Origin: Gammaproteobacteria bacterium
Lineage (GTDB): Bacteria > Pseudomonadota > Gammaproteobacteria > Enterobacterales > GCA-2746155
Direction of reading: 5' to 3'
Assembly: GCA_002746155.1 (NCBI GenBank)
Contig: NVWF01000014.1
Span: 1,925 to 65,924 of the forward strand
DNA length: 64,000 bases
Shown here in pieces: positions 43,094 to 53,671 of this stretch (positions are counted from its first letter, which is position 1; each line of letters opens with the position of its first letter). The position numbers and the translations under genes are program-made. The notes under the pieces are model-generated. The model saw nothing but the letters and a program-made list of their open reading frames with translations. It made no database searches and was not told the DNA's origin.

Positions 43094-45051
43094 AGCTTAT
43101 GAGAATGTTTTAAAGTCAACTCAGGCAGCTCATCCGCCGGATTAATGCTGAATACTTTACAATAGAAATTCAATTCAGCTTCTAAAGCAAAACAGATATT
43201 TTCACTTTTCCTAAAACCGTGCTGCTCTCCTTGCAACATGATTAAAGCGTGGGGGATTTGATTGTCATTAAGCGCATCTGCCATGGCAATTGATTGAGCC
43301 GGAGGTACTACCGCATCTTCATCACCTTGAAGTAATAACACAGGGCAGCTAATTTTATCTGCATGATTAATTGGCGATCTTGAAAAATAAACATCCTCTG
43401 CTTCAGGCCAAGGACCAATTATGCTATCAAGATAGCGCACTTCAAATTTATGAGATTCTTTTACCAAACAGGTGAGATCAGCCACTCCATAACGACTCAC
43501 TCCTGCAGAAAATATTGAATGATTGGTGAGGGCTGTGTAAGTAGTGTAGCCACCTGCGCTTCCGCCACGAATTGCTAATCGATTACCATCAACACTACCC
43601 CTATCCACTAGGTAGTTAGCAGCGTTAACGCAATCATCAACATCAACAACACCCCATTGTCCCCTTAATCTATCGCGGTATTCCCGTCCAAAACCTGTAC
43701 TTCCACCGTAATTCACATCAACTACTGCAAATCCTCTAGAAGTCCAATACTGGATAGCACTACTAAATTGGGCACTAGTAGCAGCAGTAGGACCACCGTG
43801 ACTCATGACTATCAAGGGTGGCTTTTCATTATCTAAGCCTTCAAACTCACCTGAACTGGCCTGGTAGAAGAAAGCATGGGATGTTCTATCGTCTGAGGTT
43901 TTAAATGAAATAGCTTCTGCTTTAGAAATATCATCAACATCTAAGGTTGCAGGCTCTTGCTTACTGATGACTGTTGCTTCATTACTACTGAGGCTCCAAG
44001 CGATAACAGCGGGAGCTGAAGTTTCAGTACTAGCTATAAAATACAAATGCTGATCATGAAAGTATAAGCCACCTTGATAAGAACAATAGGGTAAGTCCAG
44101 TGGTGTGATGTGGCCTTTTTGTGGTTCCACTAGACACAAATGTTCTCTTCCATCCTGAACAAAAGCTGCAAAGAGAGTATTGGCATCGATAAAAGCATAG
44201 CTGGAAGTTCCAAATTGCCATTGAGGGTAGCCAAATTCTGCATCAGTTGGAGTAATGGCGTTTAGTACTTGATCTCTAAATGAATAAATATTCCACCAGC
44301 CACTTCTATCCGATACAAAATGTAATTCACCATCCGGACACCAAGCCGGTTGATAAATGGATTCGTTCTCATTATCAAGAATGCTTGTTACATTCGTTAT
44401 ATCGCCCTTCTCATCAATATCCGCTGTCCAAAGGGAAGTTTGATCCCAAGGCATATTTGGGTGATTCCAACTAGTCCAAGTGAGTTTTTTTCCGTTCGGT
44501 GATAATCTCGGATATGAATAAAAATCTGCTCCTGAAACTAGGGATTCCACAGCTTCAGAACCATCTAAAGGTACCCTTACCAAATCATTTTTTACATTGA
44601 GTGGGTTTGCGTCTTCAAAATGGCGTTCTCTTACACAAATCAGCCATTGTGCCTTATCTGAAATAGCGAGATCTGCATAGCGATCTGCATGTTTGAATCT
44701 TGGTTCAGGCGTTATGGCTGTAGGCTTAGACTGGCCGACTTGCAGATACAATCTTTGATCTTCATCATTTGAAAAAATTATTTTATCACCAAGCACTGAA
44801 AAATCTGCTCCGCCATATTCGTGAACACGGGTTCTGACGCTAAAACCATCAGGTGTAATTACTTTTGCCTCCTGCTCAAGACCACCACAAAAGATCACCA
44901 CACGCCCGCCCTCTTCAGGAAGACTTTCAAGCCAATAGACCTTATTGTCCGCCAATGTTAGATGACCAAACCTGTGGCCCGAAGATGCCAAGGTTTTAGC
45001 TGATAGTTTTGATGGCCAACTTCCGTAGTTCTTTTTAGCTTTTATATTCAT
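43090..45051 (-). CDS. S9-family serine peptidase (prolyl oligopeptidase/dipeptidyl aminopeptidase type)
   Basis: N-terminal propeller-like region. The C-terminal alpha/beta domain has nucleophile motif IRGGSAGGY, plus a later D and H (QGDEDAVV, GEQHGF). Confidence 0.85.
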   Translation of the reverse strand: MNIKAKKNYGSWPSKLSAKTLASSGHRFGHLTLADNKVYWLESLPEEGGRVVIFCGGLEQEAKVITPDGFSVRTRVHEYGGADFSVLGDKIIFSNDEDQRLYLQVGQSKPTAITPEPRFKHADRYADLAISDKAQWLICVRERHFEDANPLNVKNDLVRVPLDGSEAVESLVSGADFYSYPRLSPNGKKLTWTSWNHPNMPWDQTSLWTADIDEKGDITNVTSILDNENESIYQPAWCPDGELHFVSDRSGWWNIYSFRDQVLNAITPTDAEFGYPQWQFGTSSYAFIDANTLFAAFVQDGREHLCLVEPQKGHITPLDLPYCSYQGGLYFHDQHLYFIASTETSAPAVIAWSLSSNEATVISKQEPATLDVDDISKAEAISFKTSDDRTSHAFFYQASSGEFEGLDNEKPPLIVMSHGGPTAATSAQFSSAIQYWTSRGFAVVDVNYGGSTGFGREYRDRLRGQWGVVDVDDCVNAANYLVDRGSVDGNRLAIRGGSAGGYTTYTALTNHSIFSAGVSRYGVADLTCLVKESHKFEVRYLDSIIGPWPEAEDVYFSRSPINHADKISCPVLLLQGDEDAVVPPAQSIAMADALNDNQIPHALIMLQGEQHGFRKSENICFALEAELNFYCKVFSINPADELPELTLKHSHKL

Positions 45052-45289
45052 GTTACTCTCTTAATAAGTGTTCTATTTGCATAAACGAAGTTATTTACAA
45101 TTAGCGGTGAAAGTCAAAATGTCTCCCGTGACTTGCTTCCACAGGAAAGCCAGCGGCCATCCCTGTTCAGACTTGATAGCAGCAACAGCATTGTTGCTTA
45201 ATTTTTCTGGCATTGGAGTCAGGTTATCGGCAAGAGTTGATGTGCAGAGTAAACAAAACATAAATAATTTAAGGTTGTTGATAATCAAT

Positions 45290-46741
45290 TTATAAGTTTC
45301 CCATACAAACATACTTTATTTCGAGAAAGTCATCCAAACCATTTTTTGAGCCTTCCCGACCTAACCCAGACTCTTTAATGCCGCCAAATGGAGCTTGAAC
45401 AGCGGTTAATATTCCAACATTCACTCCAACCATACCATATTCTAACCCTTCTGAAAGTCGCCAAACTCTTGAGGGGTCTTTTGTGAAAAAATAGGCTGCC
45501 AAACCATACTTAGTATCATTTGCCATCTGGATAGCTTCGTCTTCTGTCTCAAATCTTAGGATAGAAGCTACTGGTCCAAAAATCTCTTGCTTGGCAATAT
45601 TCATTTTTGGAGTAACATTGATGACCAGTGTCGGTTGATAATAAAGTGGTCCTAAAGCCTGTTCAGTTTTACCACCAATTAAAAGTTGAGCACCCTGCTT
45701 AATGGCATCCTGTACCAGATAATCTACCTTCTTAACAGCTGTTTTATTAATGAGAGGACCAAGATCACAATGACTATCAAAGCCATTTGCTAACTTTAAT
45801 TCAGATATTTTTAAAGCAATCTTTTCAATAAACTGTTCATAAACAGTTCCTTGAACAATTATTCTGTTGGCACAAACACAGGTTTGTCCGGCGTTGCGAA
45901 ATTTAGAAGCCACCGTCTGCTCCACAGCCATATCAATATCAGCATCATCAAAAATAATCAGAGGAGCATTTCCTCCAAGTTCTAATGAGGTCTTTTTGAC
46001 CGTTGAAGCACATTGAGCTAACAAGCGTTTTCCCACTTTAGTTGACCCTGTAAAAGTAAACTTTCGGATTGCAGGATGTTGAGTAAGAACTGTGCCAATA
46101 CCTTGAGAGTCCGTTCCGACTACCACGTTGAACACCCCTTTTGGAACACCGGCCCGACGTGATAATTCAGCTAATGCCAAGGCAGATAAAGGCGTATATT
46201 CAGAAGGTTTAATAATAAAGCTACAACCTGCTGCGAGTGCAGGAGCAGCCTTACGAGCTATCATGCCTGTTGGATAGTTCCAAGGTGTAATGGCTGAAAC
46301 CACCCCTAATGGTTGTCTAAAGGTTACTTGACGACGCTCGTTAGATTGAGCAGGAATTACATCACCATAAGCACGTTTAGCTTGCTCTGCAAACCATTCA
46401 ATATAGGAAGCAGCATTAGTAATCTCCCCGATTGATTCCCTTAGTGCCTTACCCTGTTCTAAAGTCATTATCAAAGCGAGATCTTGAATATTATCAATGA
46501 TCAGCTGAAACCATTTAATTAAAATCACTGAGCGATGTTTTGCAGGAAAATGCGCCCAAGATCTTTGTGCTATTTGAGCGCTGGTTACGGCATATTCAAG
46601 TTGAGTAGATGTTACTTCTGATACTGTACTGACAAGACTTCCATTGCCGGGATTATCAACATCAAAACCAAGCTGGCTTGAATGCCATTCTCCATTGATA
46701 TAGGACCCAGTCTTGAGTAATGTCCGGTCGATGAAATCCAT
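45290..46741 (-). CDS. NAD(P)-dependent succinate-semialdehyde/aldehyde dehydrogenase
   Basis: ELGGNAP, a catalytic Cys context (GQTCVCANR) and QEIFGPV. 483 aa and GabD-like. Confidence 0.85.
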   Translation of the reverse strand: MDFIDRTLLKTGSYINGEWHSSQLGFDVDNPGNGSLVSTVSEVTSTQLEYAVTSAQIAQRSWAHFPAKHRSVILIKWFQLIIDNIQDLALIMTLEQGKALRESIGEITNAASYIEWFAEQAKRAYGDVIPAQSNERRQVTFRQPLGVVSAITPWNYPTGMIARKAAPALAAGCSFIIKPSEYTPLSALALAELSRRAGVPKGVFNVVVGTDSQGIGTVLTQHPAIRKFTFTGSTKVGKRLLAQCASTVKKTSLELGGNAPLIIFDDADIDMAVEQTVASKFRNAGQTCVCANRIIVQGTVYEQFIEKIALKISELKLANGFDSHCDLGPLINKTAVKKVDYLVQDAIKQGAQLLIGGKTEQALGPLYYQPTLVINVTPKMNIAKQEIFGPVASILRFETEDEAIQMANDTKYGLAAYFFTKDPSRVWRLSEGLEYGMVGVNVGILTAVQAPFGGIKESGLGREGSKNGLDDFLEIKYVCMGNL

Positions 46742-46764
46742 TGATTTAGCTAATGTTATAGTTA

Positions 46765-47880
46765 TTATAATTTAGGGCTTTGTGCAGAACTTTGCCACCA
46801 AGACATTACTAATCGATTAACTGTCGACTCGACTCCTAGGCCAAATTTTTCACCAATGGACTTAGGTATTTCAAAATTAACTTCAAAAACTTCGGTATCT
46901 TTAACTGCTTGAAGAATAAGGTCATCAGAGGTGGATATTTCATCAATAAGTCCCTTCTCAATAGCCTGAGTGCCATACCAATGTTCTCCAGTAGCAACTT
47001 TTTCTATATCGAGTTCTGGTCGGTTGGAGGTTATGAAAGATTTAAACAACTGATGAGTATCTTCTAATTCTTCCCTAAATTTTTCACGATCCTTGTCAGT
47101 ATTTTCACCAAAGATGGTTAAGGTACGTTTATACTCTCCCGCTGTATGCTGCTCATAATCTACATCCATTTTTTTCAGCAGGCGGTTAAAGTTCGGGATC
47201 TGTGCTATAACACCGATAGAACCAATTATTGCAAAGGGAGCAGCTACTATCTTATTTGCAACACAGGCCATCATATAACCACCACTTGCTGCAACCATAT
47301 CAACGGCTATTGTTAAATTTATATCTTTTATTCTCAATCGTTGCAATTGAGAGGCCGCTAGTCCATAGCCATGAACCATTCCACCAGGACTTTCTAGGCG
47401 TAAAAGTACTTCATCCTGTTTGCCAGCAATAGCAATAATTGCCGAAATTTCCTCACGTAGTGAATTAACTGCCGAGGCTTTCATATCACCGTTAAAATCG
47501 ATTACAAATAAGCGCTTATGGCCATCCTCGGCTTTTTCGGCTAGTGTCTCAGCATCCAACTGGTCTTTTGATAGTGATTTTTTTAATGCTTTAGCGTTAA
47601 TTTTATCTTGTTTATTTTTTTCTTTTTCAGCTTTCTTTTCCGCTTTATTCAAGGCTTTGGTTTCAAATTGAGTCAGCAGATCTTGCTGCATGTCTTGAAC
47701 CATATCCTTATACCGTTCTGATAAATTAGTCAGTTTGATTGCACCTTGAGCCTGACCCTTCGATTTGGTTACTTTTCCACGCTGGCTTGAACTAATGATT
47801 CCACCAACCACTATTAATATTGCTGCTACAATGGTTATGCTCTTCAGTAAAAAAAGACCGAAGTCGTATAAAAATTCCAA
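46765..47880 (-). CDS. sohB: Protease SohB (S49 peptidase family)
   Basis: The N-terminus (M)EFLYDFGLFLLKSITIV parallels the E. coli SohB N-terminus. S49 core (ASGGYMMA). TTG start. Confidence 0.85.
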   Translation of the reverse strand: MEFLYDFGLFLLKSITIVAAILIVVGGIISSSQRGKVTKSKGQAQGAIKLTNLSERYKDMVQDMQQDLLTQFETKALNKAEKKAEKEKNKQDKINAKALKKSLSKDQLDAETLAEKAEDGHKRLFVIDFNGDMKASAVNSLREEISAIIAIAGKQDEVLLRLESPGGMVHGYGLAASQLQRLRIKDINLTIAVDMVAASGGYMMACVANKIVAAPFAIIGSIGVIAQIPNFNRLLKKMDVDYEQHTAGEYKRTLTIFGENTDKDREKFREELEDTHQLFKSFITSNRPELDIEKVATGEHWYGTQAIEKGLIDEISTSDDLILQAVKDTEVFEVNFEIPKSIGEKFGLGVESTVNRLVMSWWQSSAQSPKL

Positions 47881-48173
47881 GATTTTCTCCTAGTAAGTTG
47901 TTTCAAAGGGCAGAGATTTGAGTAATTCTCCACTTTCTGGAGTCTAGGACCACAGAAATGAAATTATCTGTTCAATAGATTGACTACTCTTAATAACGGT
48001 TTTTCTGTCTAAATTAATTAAAACAGTAATTTATGATGTTATTTAACCACTGAGAGAGCTATCTAACAACAATTTAATTGAGAATTTGTAAATAATCTAG
48101 TCAATTGACTAAATAGCAGCTAGAATTTGGCAACTGTTTAAATTAATCAAAATATTTGTAAGGAATATTCAAT

Positions 48174-49760
48174 ATGACCACGTCGGTAAAAAGTGCTTTT
48201 TTAGATAATTTCCTCGGAAATTCCCCTAAATGGTACAAAATAACAATCGTTGCCTTCTTAATTATTAACCCAATTTTATTCTATATGGTTGATCCCTTCT
48301 TAGCTGGTTGGGTTTTAGTTTTTGAATTCATTTTTACACTAGCCATGGCGTTGAAATGCTATCCACTGCAATCGGGAGGGCTACTGGCTATACAAGCTGT
48401 TTTTATAGGCATGACCACGACTGATAAAGTTTGGCATGAAATAGAAATAAACCTTCAAGTTATCATGCTATTGGTGTTTATGGTTGCCGGTATCTATTTT
48501 ATGAAGGATTTATTGCTTTACCTATTTACTAAAATAGTTTTGGGTATACGCTCTAAAATATTAGTATCCGTAGTGTTTTGTGCAGTCTCAGCCTTCCTAT
48601 CTGCTTTTCTTGATGCCTTAACCGTTGCAGCTGTTGTTATATCTGTGGCCGTCGGATTTTTTGGGATTTATCATAAGGCGGCTTCCGGCAAAAAATTTCA
48701 CCATGAACATGATCATGGTACTGATGACGAGGTGTTAGATCATCATCGCTCAAATTTAAAAGAATTTAGAGGATTCCTACGAAACTTAATGATGCACGCA
48801 GCAGTGGGAACTGCACTAGGTGGAGTTTGTACCATCGTTGGTGAACCTCAAAACATCGTTATTGGACTGAGTGCTGGCTGGGACTTTATGGAATTTTTCT
48901 GGCGTATGTCGCCCATAACCATGCCCGTTTTATTTGCAGGGTTAACAACTTGTGCACTCCTTGAAAAATTTAAAATCTTCGGTTATGGCTTTCAGTTACC
49001 TGAGGAAGTTAGAATAGTTTTGCTGGAATCAAGTATCGAAGACGATAAAAAGCGTACCTACCGTGACAAGGCAGCTCTAGTTATCCAAGCATTAGTTGGC
49101 TTTTGGTTAATATTTGCACTTGCAAACCATCTTGCCGCTGTTGGCTTAATTGGTTTATCCGTTATCATTTTCATTACAGCCCTGACAGGTGTTATTGAAG
49201 AGCACCGACTCGGTAAAGCCTTTGAGGAAGCATTACCCTTTACATCTCTCTTGGTAGTCTTTTTTGCTATTGTTGCGGTAATTTCTAGCCAAGGTTTATT
49301 TGCACCTGTCATTGACTATGTATTGGCTCAAGATGCCAATAAGCAAATTCCACTTTTTTATCTAGCTAATGGTCTACTCTCAGTGATGTCTGATAATGTT
49401 TTTGTAGGAACTGTCTACATAACGGAAATCAAGAATGCTTATTTGAATGGGCTTGTTACTCGTGATCAATTTGACCTACTCGCCGTAGCAATTAATACCG
49501 GTACTAATATTCCAAGTATTGCAACACCTAATGGTCAAGCTGCCTTCTTATTCATTTTAACCTCAGCAATTGCACCGTTAATTAGACTTTCTTATGGCAG
49601 AATGGTCTGGATGGCAATGCCCTATGCTATTGTGATGACCCTTGTTGGTCTTGCTGCAATTGTATATCTACTACTACCTGGTACCCAGTACCTTTATGAT
49701 AATAATTACATTCAACATCATGCAGATAAAGGGGTTGCAGTTAGTTCAGCTAAGCATTGA
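48174..49760 (+). CDS. nhaB: Na+/H+ antiporter NhaB
   Basis: The N-terminus ...[21 protein letters not shown] closely parallels E. coli NhaB (..[21 protein letters not shown]). Polytopic, 528 aa. Confidence 0.93.
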   Translation: MTTSVKSAFLDNFLGNSPKWYKITIVAFLIINPILFYMVDPFLAGWVLVFEFIFTLAMALKCYPLQSGGLLAIQAVFIGMTTTDKVWHEIEINLQVIMLLVFMVAGIYFMKDLLLYLFTKIVLGIRSKILVSVVFCAVSAFLSAFLDALTVAAVVISVAVGFFGIYHKAASGKKFHHEHDHGTDDEVLDHHRSNLKEFRGFLRNLMMHAAVGTALGGVCTIVGEPQNIVIGLSAGWDFMEFFWRMSPITMPVLFAGLTTCALLEKFKIFGYGFQLPEEVRIVLLESSIEDDKKRTYRDKAALVIQALVGFWLIFALANHLAAVGLIGLSVIIFITALTGVIEEHRLGKAFEEALPFTSLLVVFFAIVAVISSQGLFAPVIDYVLAQDANKQIPLFYLANGLLSVMSDNVFVGTVYITEIKNAYLNGLVTRDQFDLLAVAINTGTNIPSIATPNGQAAFLFILTSAIAPLIRLSYGRMVWMAMPYAIVMTLVGLAAIVYLLLPGTQYLYDNNYIQHHADKGVAVSSAKH

Positions 49761-49778
49761 TGTTGTTACCAACATCTA

Positions 49779-49807
49779 TAAAAAAAGCGCTTAATTGCGC
49801 TTTTTTT
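49779..49807. terminator. Bidirectional Rho-independent terminator between nhaB and dnaQ
   Basis: aaaaaagcgc-ttaatt-gcgcttttttt, a GC core stem flanked by A and T runs. Confidence 0.8.
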
Positions 49808-49828
49808 ATGGATGAATTTTCTGAGCAT

Positions 49829-50554
49829 CTAGCTAGGCCTAGTTCTAGGCCAAACTAACTCTGCAGATTCAGCTATGGTATCAAGCCGTTTATTATGTCG
49901 TTGAATTTCACCTACCGATGCTCTGACAATGGTCAGAGGCTCTCTATCCCCTTTTAATCGCCTAATTGTAGTATCAACCGTCGCATTTCCTGTGCCAATA
50001 TCATTGCTTAAGGATAAACTGGTTTGCCCTCCAGTCATCAATAGATAAACATCGGAAAGTATTTCAGCATCCAACAAGGCGCCGTGTAACTCACGATGGG
50101 AGTTGTCGATACCATAACGTCGACATAGGGCATTCAGATTATTTTTCTGACCGGGATGAAGAGCTTTAGCCATTACAAGGGTATCAAGAATAGTACAAAA
50201 ATCAGCCAGCCTCTCATAACAAGAAGACGTTTCTTTTTCTGCTAAGACTAGTTCATTATTAATAAACCCCACGTCAAAAGGGGCATTGTGAATAACCAAC
50301 TCAGCTCCTTTTATATAGTGTAAAAAATCATCAACAATATCGATAAAAAGAGGTTTATCTAATAGATCTTCATTTTTTATTCCATGCACCTCAATGGCAC
50401 CTGCATCGATTTTTCTTTGTGGGTTGATATACTGATGGTAATTATTCCCCGTGAGTTTACGGTTGATCATTTCCACACAGCCGATTTCAATAATTCTGTG
50501 ACCCTGTTTAGGTTCAAGACCTGTTGTTTCTGTGTCGAGTATAATTTGTCGCAT
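49829..50554 (-). CDS. dnaQ: DNA polymerase III subunit epsilon (3'-5' proofreading exonuclease)
   Basis: Exo motifs ILDTETTG, HNAPFDVGF and HGALLDAE. 241 aa, directly downstream of rnhA. Confidence 0.93.
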   Translation of the reverse strand: MRQIILDTETTGLEPKQGHRIIEIGCVEMINRKLTGNNYHQYINPQRKIDAGAIEVHGIKNEDLLDKPLFIDIVDDFLHYIKGAELVIHNAPFDVGFINNELVLAEKETSSCYERLADFCTILDTLVMAKALHPGQKNNLNALCRRYGIDNSHRELHGALLDAEILSDVYLLMTGGQTSLSLSNDIGTGNATVDTTIRRLKGDREPLTIVRASVGEIQRHNKRLDTIAESAELVWPRTRPS

Positions 50555-51000
50555 TAACGTTTCTCTAATTCATCAATTCCACGATTGGCCAAGCTATCAG
50601 AAAGTTCATTACCCTCATGACCCGCATGTCCCTTTACCCAATGCCACTCAATCTTATGACGTTGTGTCGATTCATCAAGCTGTTGCCAAAGGTCTTGATT
50701 TTTTACCGGTTTTTTTGCAGCGGTTTTCCATCCACGTTTTTTCCATGCTACCATCCACTCTAAAATTCCCTTACGGACATATTGGGAATCAGTTGTTAAG
50801 CTAATATCACAGGGGCGGTTAAGTGAATTTAAGGCCTTGATAGCTGCCATTAATTCCATTCGATTATTAGTGGTATTCTGTTCACCACCTGAGAGCAGTT
50901 TCTCCCGTCCCTTGTAGCGAATTACAGCACCCCAACCTCCAATACCTGGATTGCCTCGACAAGCTCCATCAGTGTATATTTCTACTTGATCTTTATTCAA
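50554..51000 (-). CDS. rnhA: Ribonuclease HI
   Basis: [30 protein letters not shown] and [12 protein letters not shown] motifs. TTG start. One-nucleotide overlap with the dnaQ start. Confidence 0.93.
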   Translation of the reverse strand: MNKDQVEIYTDGACRGNPGIGGWGAVIRYKGREKLLSGGEQNTTNNRMELMAAIKALNSLNRPCDISLTTDSQYVRKGILEWMVAWKKRGWKTAAKKPVKNQDLWQQLDESTQRHKIEWHWVKGHAGHEGNELSDSLANRGIDELEKR

Positions 51001-51696
51001 TTAATTGTTCTCTTCAAGTTGTTGGTTTTTTCTCGTGGGTCCAATCATAGTTGGTTGTATAGCCCTATTCTTCCATTGTGGTCTAATCATAGTTAAGGTT
51101 TTCACTTTTTTCTCTGCAACAATAAAGTTTATTGCCCCAAAACGTGAATAGGCATCAGAAGTTACGTGTTCTTTAGATTTAGAATATTCTGATCCAGGTA
51201 GTTTAGGAAATAAGCCATGCTCTACCACCACGGCTAAGCCTAATAAGGATAACCAGTCCGTTAATCGGCCAAGTCTGTAAAAAGGTAATGTCCAGGGCCT
51301 TCGTCCTGTTCTACTTAAAAAAAGTTTATAGACACCCCACACACTTAGGGGATTAAAAGCGACTAAAATGAGCTTACCGCCAGGTCGTAAACTTCTTACC
51401 ACTTCTCTCAGTAATTGATGGGGTAGAAGACTCTGTTCAATTAAAAGAGGTACGAAGATAGCATCTATATCATCTGAAGCTAGGGGCAATTGATGAGGAT
51501 GGGCGCAGACATCGACCTTTTCACTGGTATTAATTCTTACTACATTAGCCACAGCAGCCTTATTATAATCAAAGCTGGATGATAACTCTCCCAAGGTTAT
51601 GAGGCTATATCCATGCACAGAGGGAAGAATAAGTTCTAGTTGTTGTTGAATCAACTGCTTAATTGTCTTTGATGATGGTACTTCTCGCCACTTCAT
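51001..51696 (-). CDS. Class I SAM-dependent methyltransferase-like protein
   Basis: Its position upstream of rnhA-dnaQ matches the methyltransferase seen there in pseudomonads. It has an LRPGGKLILV motif (post-motif of MTase folds). The glycine-rich motif I is weak. Confidence 0.6.
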   Translation of the reverse strand: MKWREVPSSKTIKQLIQQQLELILPSVHGYSLITLGELSSSFDYNKAAVANVVRINTSEKVDVCAHPHQLPLASDDIDAIFVPLLIEQSLLPHQLLREVVRSLRPGGKLILVAFNPLSVWGVYKLFLSRTGRRPWTLPFYRLGRLTDWLSLLGLAVVVEHGLFPKLPGSEYSKSKEHVTSDAYSRFGAINFIVAEKKVKTLTMIRPQWKNRAIQPTMIGPTRKNQQLEENN

Positions 51697-51891
51697 ATAA
51701 ATACCTTAGATTACTATAAGAGCAATAATATCATCCTATCACCTAAAAATGGTTGAATCATACGATAAAAACCATCAAAAATATTAATCAAATTGAGACT
51801 TAGCGCATTTTTAACTGCTAGGATTCCGGTATTTAAGAAAAAAATCCTGTAGACTTGTGCTAATTCCAATTTCATCAAAAGATAGGTAGTT

Positions 51892-53655
51892 GTGCAGTCG
51901 ATCCTTAATAAAATCCTCCAGGGTATAACTTTATTAGTAATTCTTTCCATCGTTGGCTGCCAGAGTCAACCTTTAAAACCTGACATAGATTCGTTAATCG
52001 CCCTTGAGATTAGTCAAAAAGCTGAACTTGAGGAACAAAAAAATACCCAGAAAACAGACTTAGTCTTTGCTCCTAAAGAGCCTAAAGAACCTGAAGATCC
52101 TGATTTAAGCTTAGCAGCTGGACCTCAAATGTCGGGCCCAGAGGCTGAAAATAATAGTCTAGAGCTAGCCTCTCTCCCTCAAGTCGAAAGTGCTGAGATT
52201 GCTGAGATTGATAAACCAATTTTGAATATTTGGCAAAGAGTTCGAAGTAAAATGACTCTGGATATTCCGGTCAAAAGGCGCATTAAACTGCAACGGGATT
52301 GGTATGAAAAGCACCAGGCTTATCTCAATAGAGTTATCACACGTGCAACACCCTTCTTATTTATGATTGTAGAAGAAATTGAAAAGCGCAATATGCCTAT
52401 GGAATTGGTTTTATTACCGATTGTGGAAAGTGCTTATGATCCCTTTGCCTATTCACATGGTAGGGCATCAGGTATGTGGCAATTTATCCCTGGAACAGGC
52501 CGTCGTTTCAAGCTAGATCAAAACTGGTGGTATGACGGGCGTAGAGATGTTGTGGAATCCACTCGCGCTGCCTTGGACTATATGGAGTATCTTCATAAAC
52601 ACTTTGATGGTGATTGGTTACATGCCCTTGCTGCATACAATTCCGGGGAAGGAAATGTTGGCAGGGCCATTCGACGCAACAAGAAAAAAAATAAAGCCAC
52701 GGACTTTTGGAATTTAAAATTACCCCGTGAGACTCAAGCCTATGTACCAAAACTACTTGCTTTAGCTGACCTGCTAGCCAATGAAGATACTTACTCTCTT
52801 AAGTGGCAAGAAGTTGCTAATAAACCCCTAGTAAAAATAGTTGAGACCGATGGTCAGCTTGATATTGCTTTTGCAGCTGATTTAGCTGGCATAACCGTTG
52901 AAGAATTTTATAAATTAAACCCCGGCTTTAATCGCTGGTCAACACCCCCTAATGGTCCCAGACATTTGTTGCTACCACTAGATAAGGCTGATAGTTTCAT
53001 AACTAAATTAGCTGCATCCGATCCCTCTGAGAGAGTTCGTTGGGTAAGGTATAAAATAAAATCAGGTGATAGCTTAATTAGAATAGCAAATAAGTATAAT
53101 ACCACTGCAGCAATTTTAAAATCCGTAAATCAAATAAATGGCAATATGATAAAGGCTGGTGACAAATTATTAATACCAACCGCCAATTACTCTTCTAAAA
53201 AATATTCCTTAAGTTCTGATAGTCGACTAACAGCACGTCAAAAAGTACAAAGAGGCGATAACAGAGTCAATTATAAAGTCCGTTCTGGAGATAGTTTCTG
53301 GAAAATTGCACGGCAATACAACGTAAGCTTAAGAAAATTGGCCGCTTGGAATGGTATGGCCCCAAGAGATCCTTTAAAAATAGCTCAGAAATTAGTGATC
53401 TGGACAAAACAACCTATTTCCTCAGTCAGTAGTGTAATCAGTACCCAGACTGTATCAATAGACCAATCGACAAGAATGCGTAAGATAACTTATCGGGTTA
53501 GGAAAGGTGATTCTTTGGCTCGCATATCAGATAAGTTTTCTGTAAAAATAATGGATCTTAAACGTTGGAACAATTACTTAAAGAATAAAAAATATTTACA
53601 ACCTGGTGAACGAATTACTGTCTATGTGGACATTACCAGCCAGTCAGAAAGTTAA
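51892..53655 (+). CDS. mltD: Membrane-bound lytic murein transglycosylase D with three LysM domains
   Basis: Lipobox LSIVGC, SLT catalytic motif ESAYDPFAYSHGRASGMWQF plus AAYNSGEGNV, and three C-terminal LysM units (Y.V..GDSL..IA). Confidence 0.9.
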   Translation: MQSILNKILQGITLLVILSIVGCQSQPLKPDIDSLIALEISQKAELEEQKNTQKTDLVFAPKEPKEPEDPDLSLAAGPQMSGPEAENNSLELASLPQVESAEIAEIDKPILNIWQRVRSKMTLDIPVKRRIKLQRDWYEKHQAYLNRVITRATPFLFMIVEEIEKRNMPMELVLLPIVESAYDPFAYSHGRASGMWQFIPGTGRRFKLDQNWWYDGRRDVVESTRAALDYMEYLHKHFDGDWLHALAAYNSGEGNVGRAIRRNKKKNKATDFWNLKLPRETQAYVPKLLALADLLANEDTYSLKWQEVANKPLVKIVETDGQLDIAFAADLAGITVEEFYKLNPGFNRWSTPPNGPRHLLLPLDKADSFITKLAASDPSERVRWVRYKIKSGDSLIRIANKYNTTAAILKSVNQINGNMIKAGDKLLIPTANYSSKKYSLSSDSRLTARQKVQRGDNRVNYKVRSGDSFWKIARQYNVSLRKLAAWNGMAPRDPLKIAQKLVIWTKQPISSVSSVISTQTVSIDQSTRMRKITYRVRKGDSLARISDKFSVKIMDLKRWNNYLKNKKYLQPGERITVYVDITSQSES

Positions 53656-53671
53656 TCGTTTAATAATTACA

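Noticed and set aside
45091-45312. 73-aa ORF between gabD-like and the S9 peptidase, with a signal-peptide-like start (MFCLLCTSTLA)
   Set aside because: It overlaps the gabD-like 3' end and has no convincing RBS or recognisable domain. It could be a gene remnant, but I cannot support it as a feature.
51714-51950. 78-aa minus-strand ORF in the methyltransferase/mltD divergent region
   Set aside because: It overlaps the mltD start and promoter region and has an AT-rich, low-complexity translation. It is most likely spurious.
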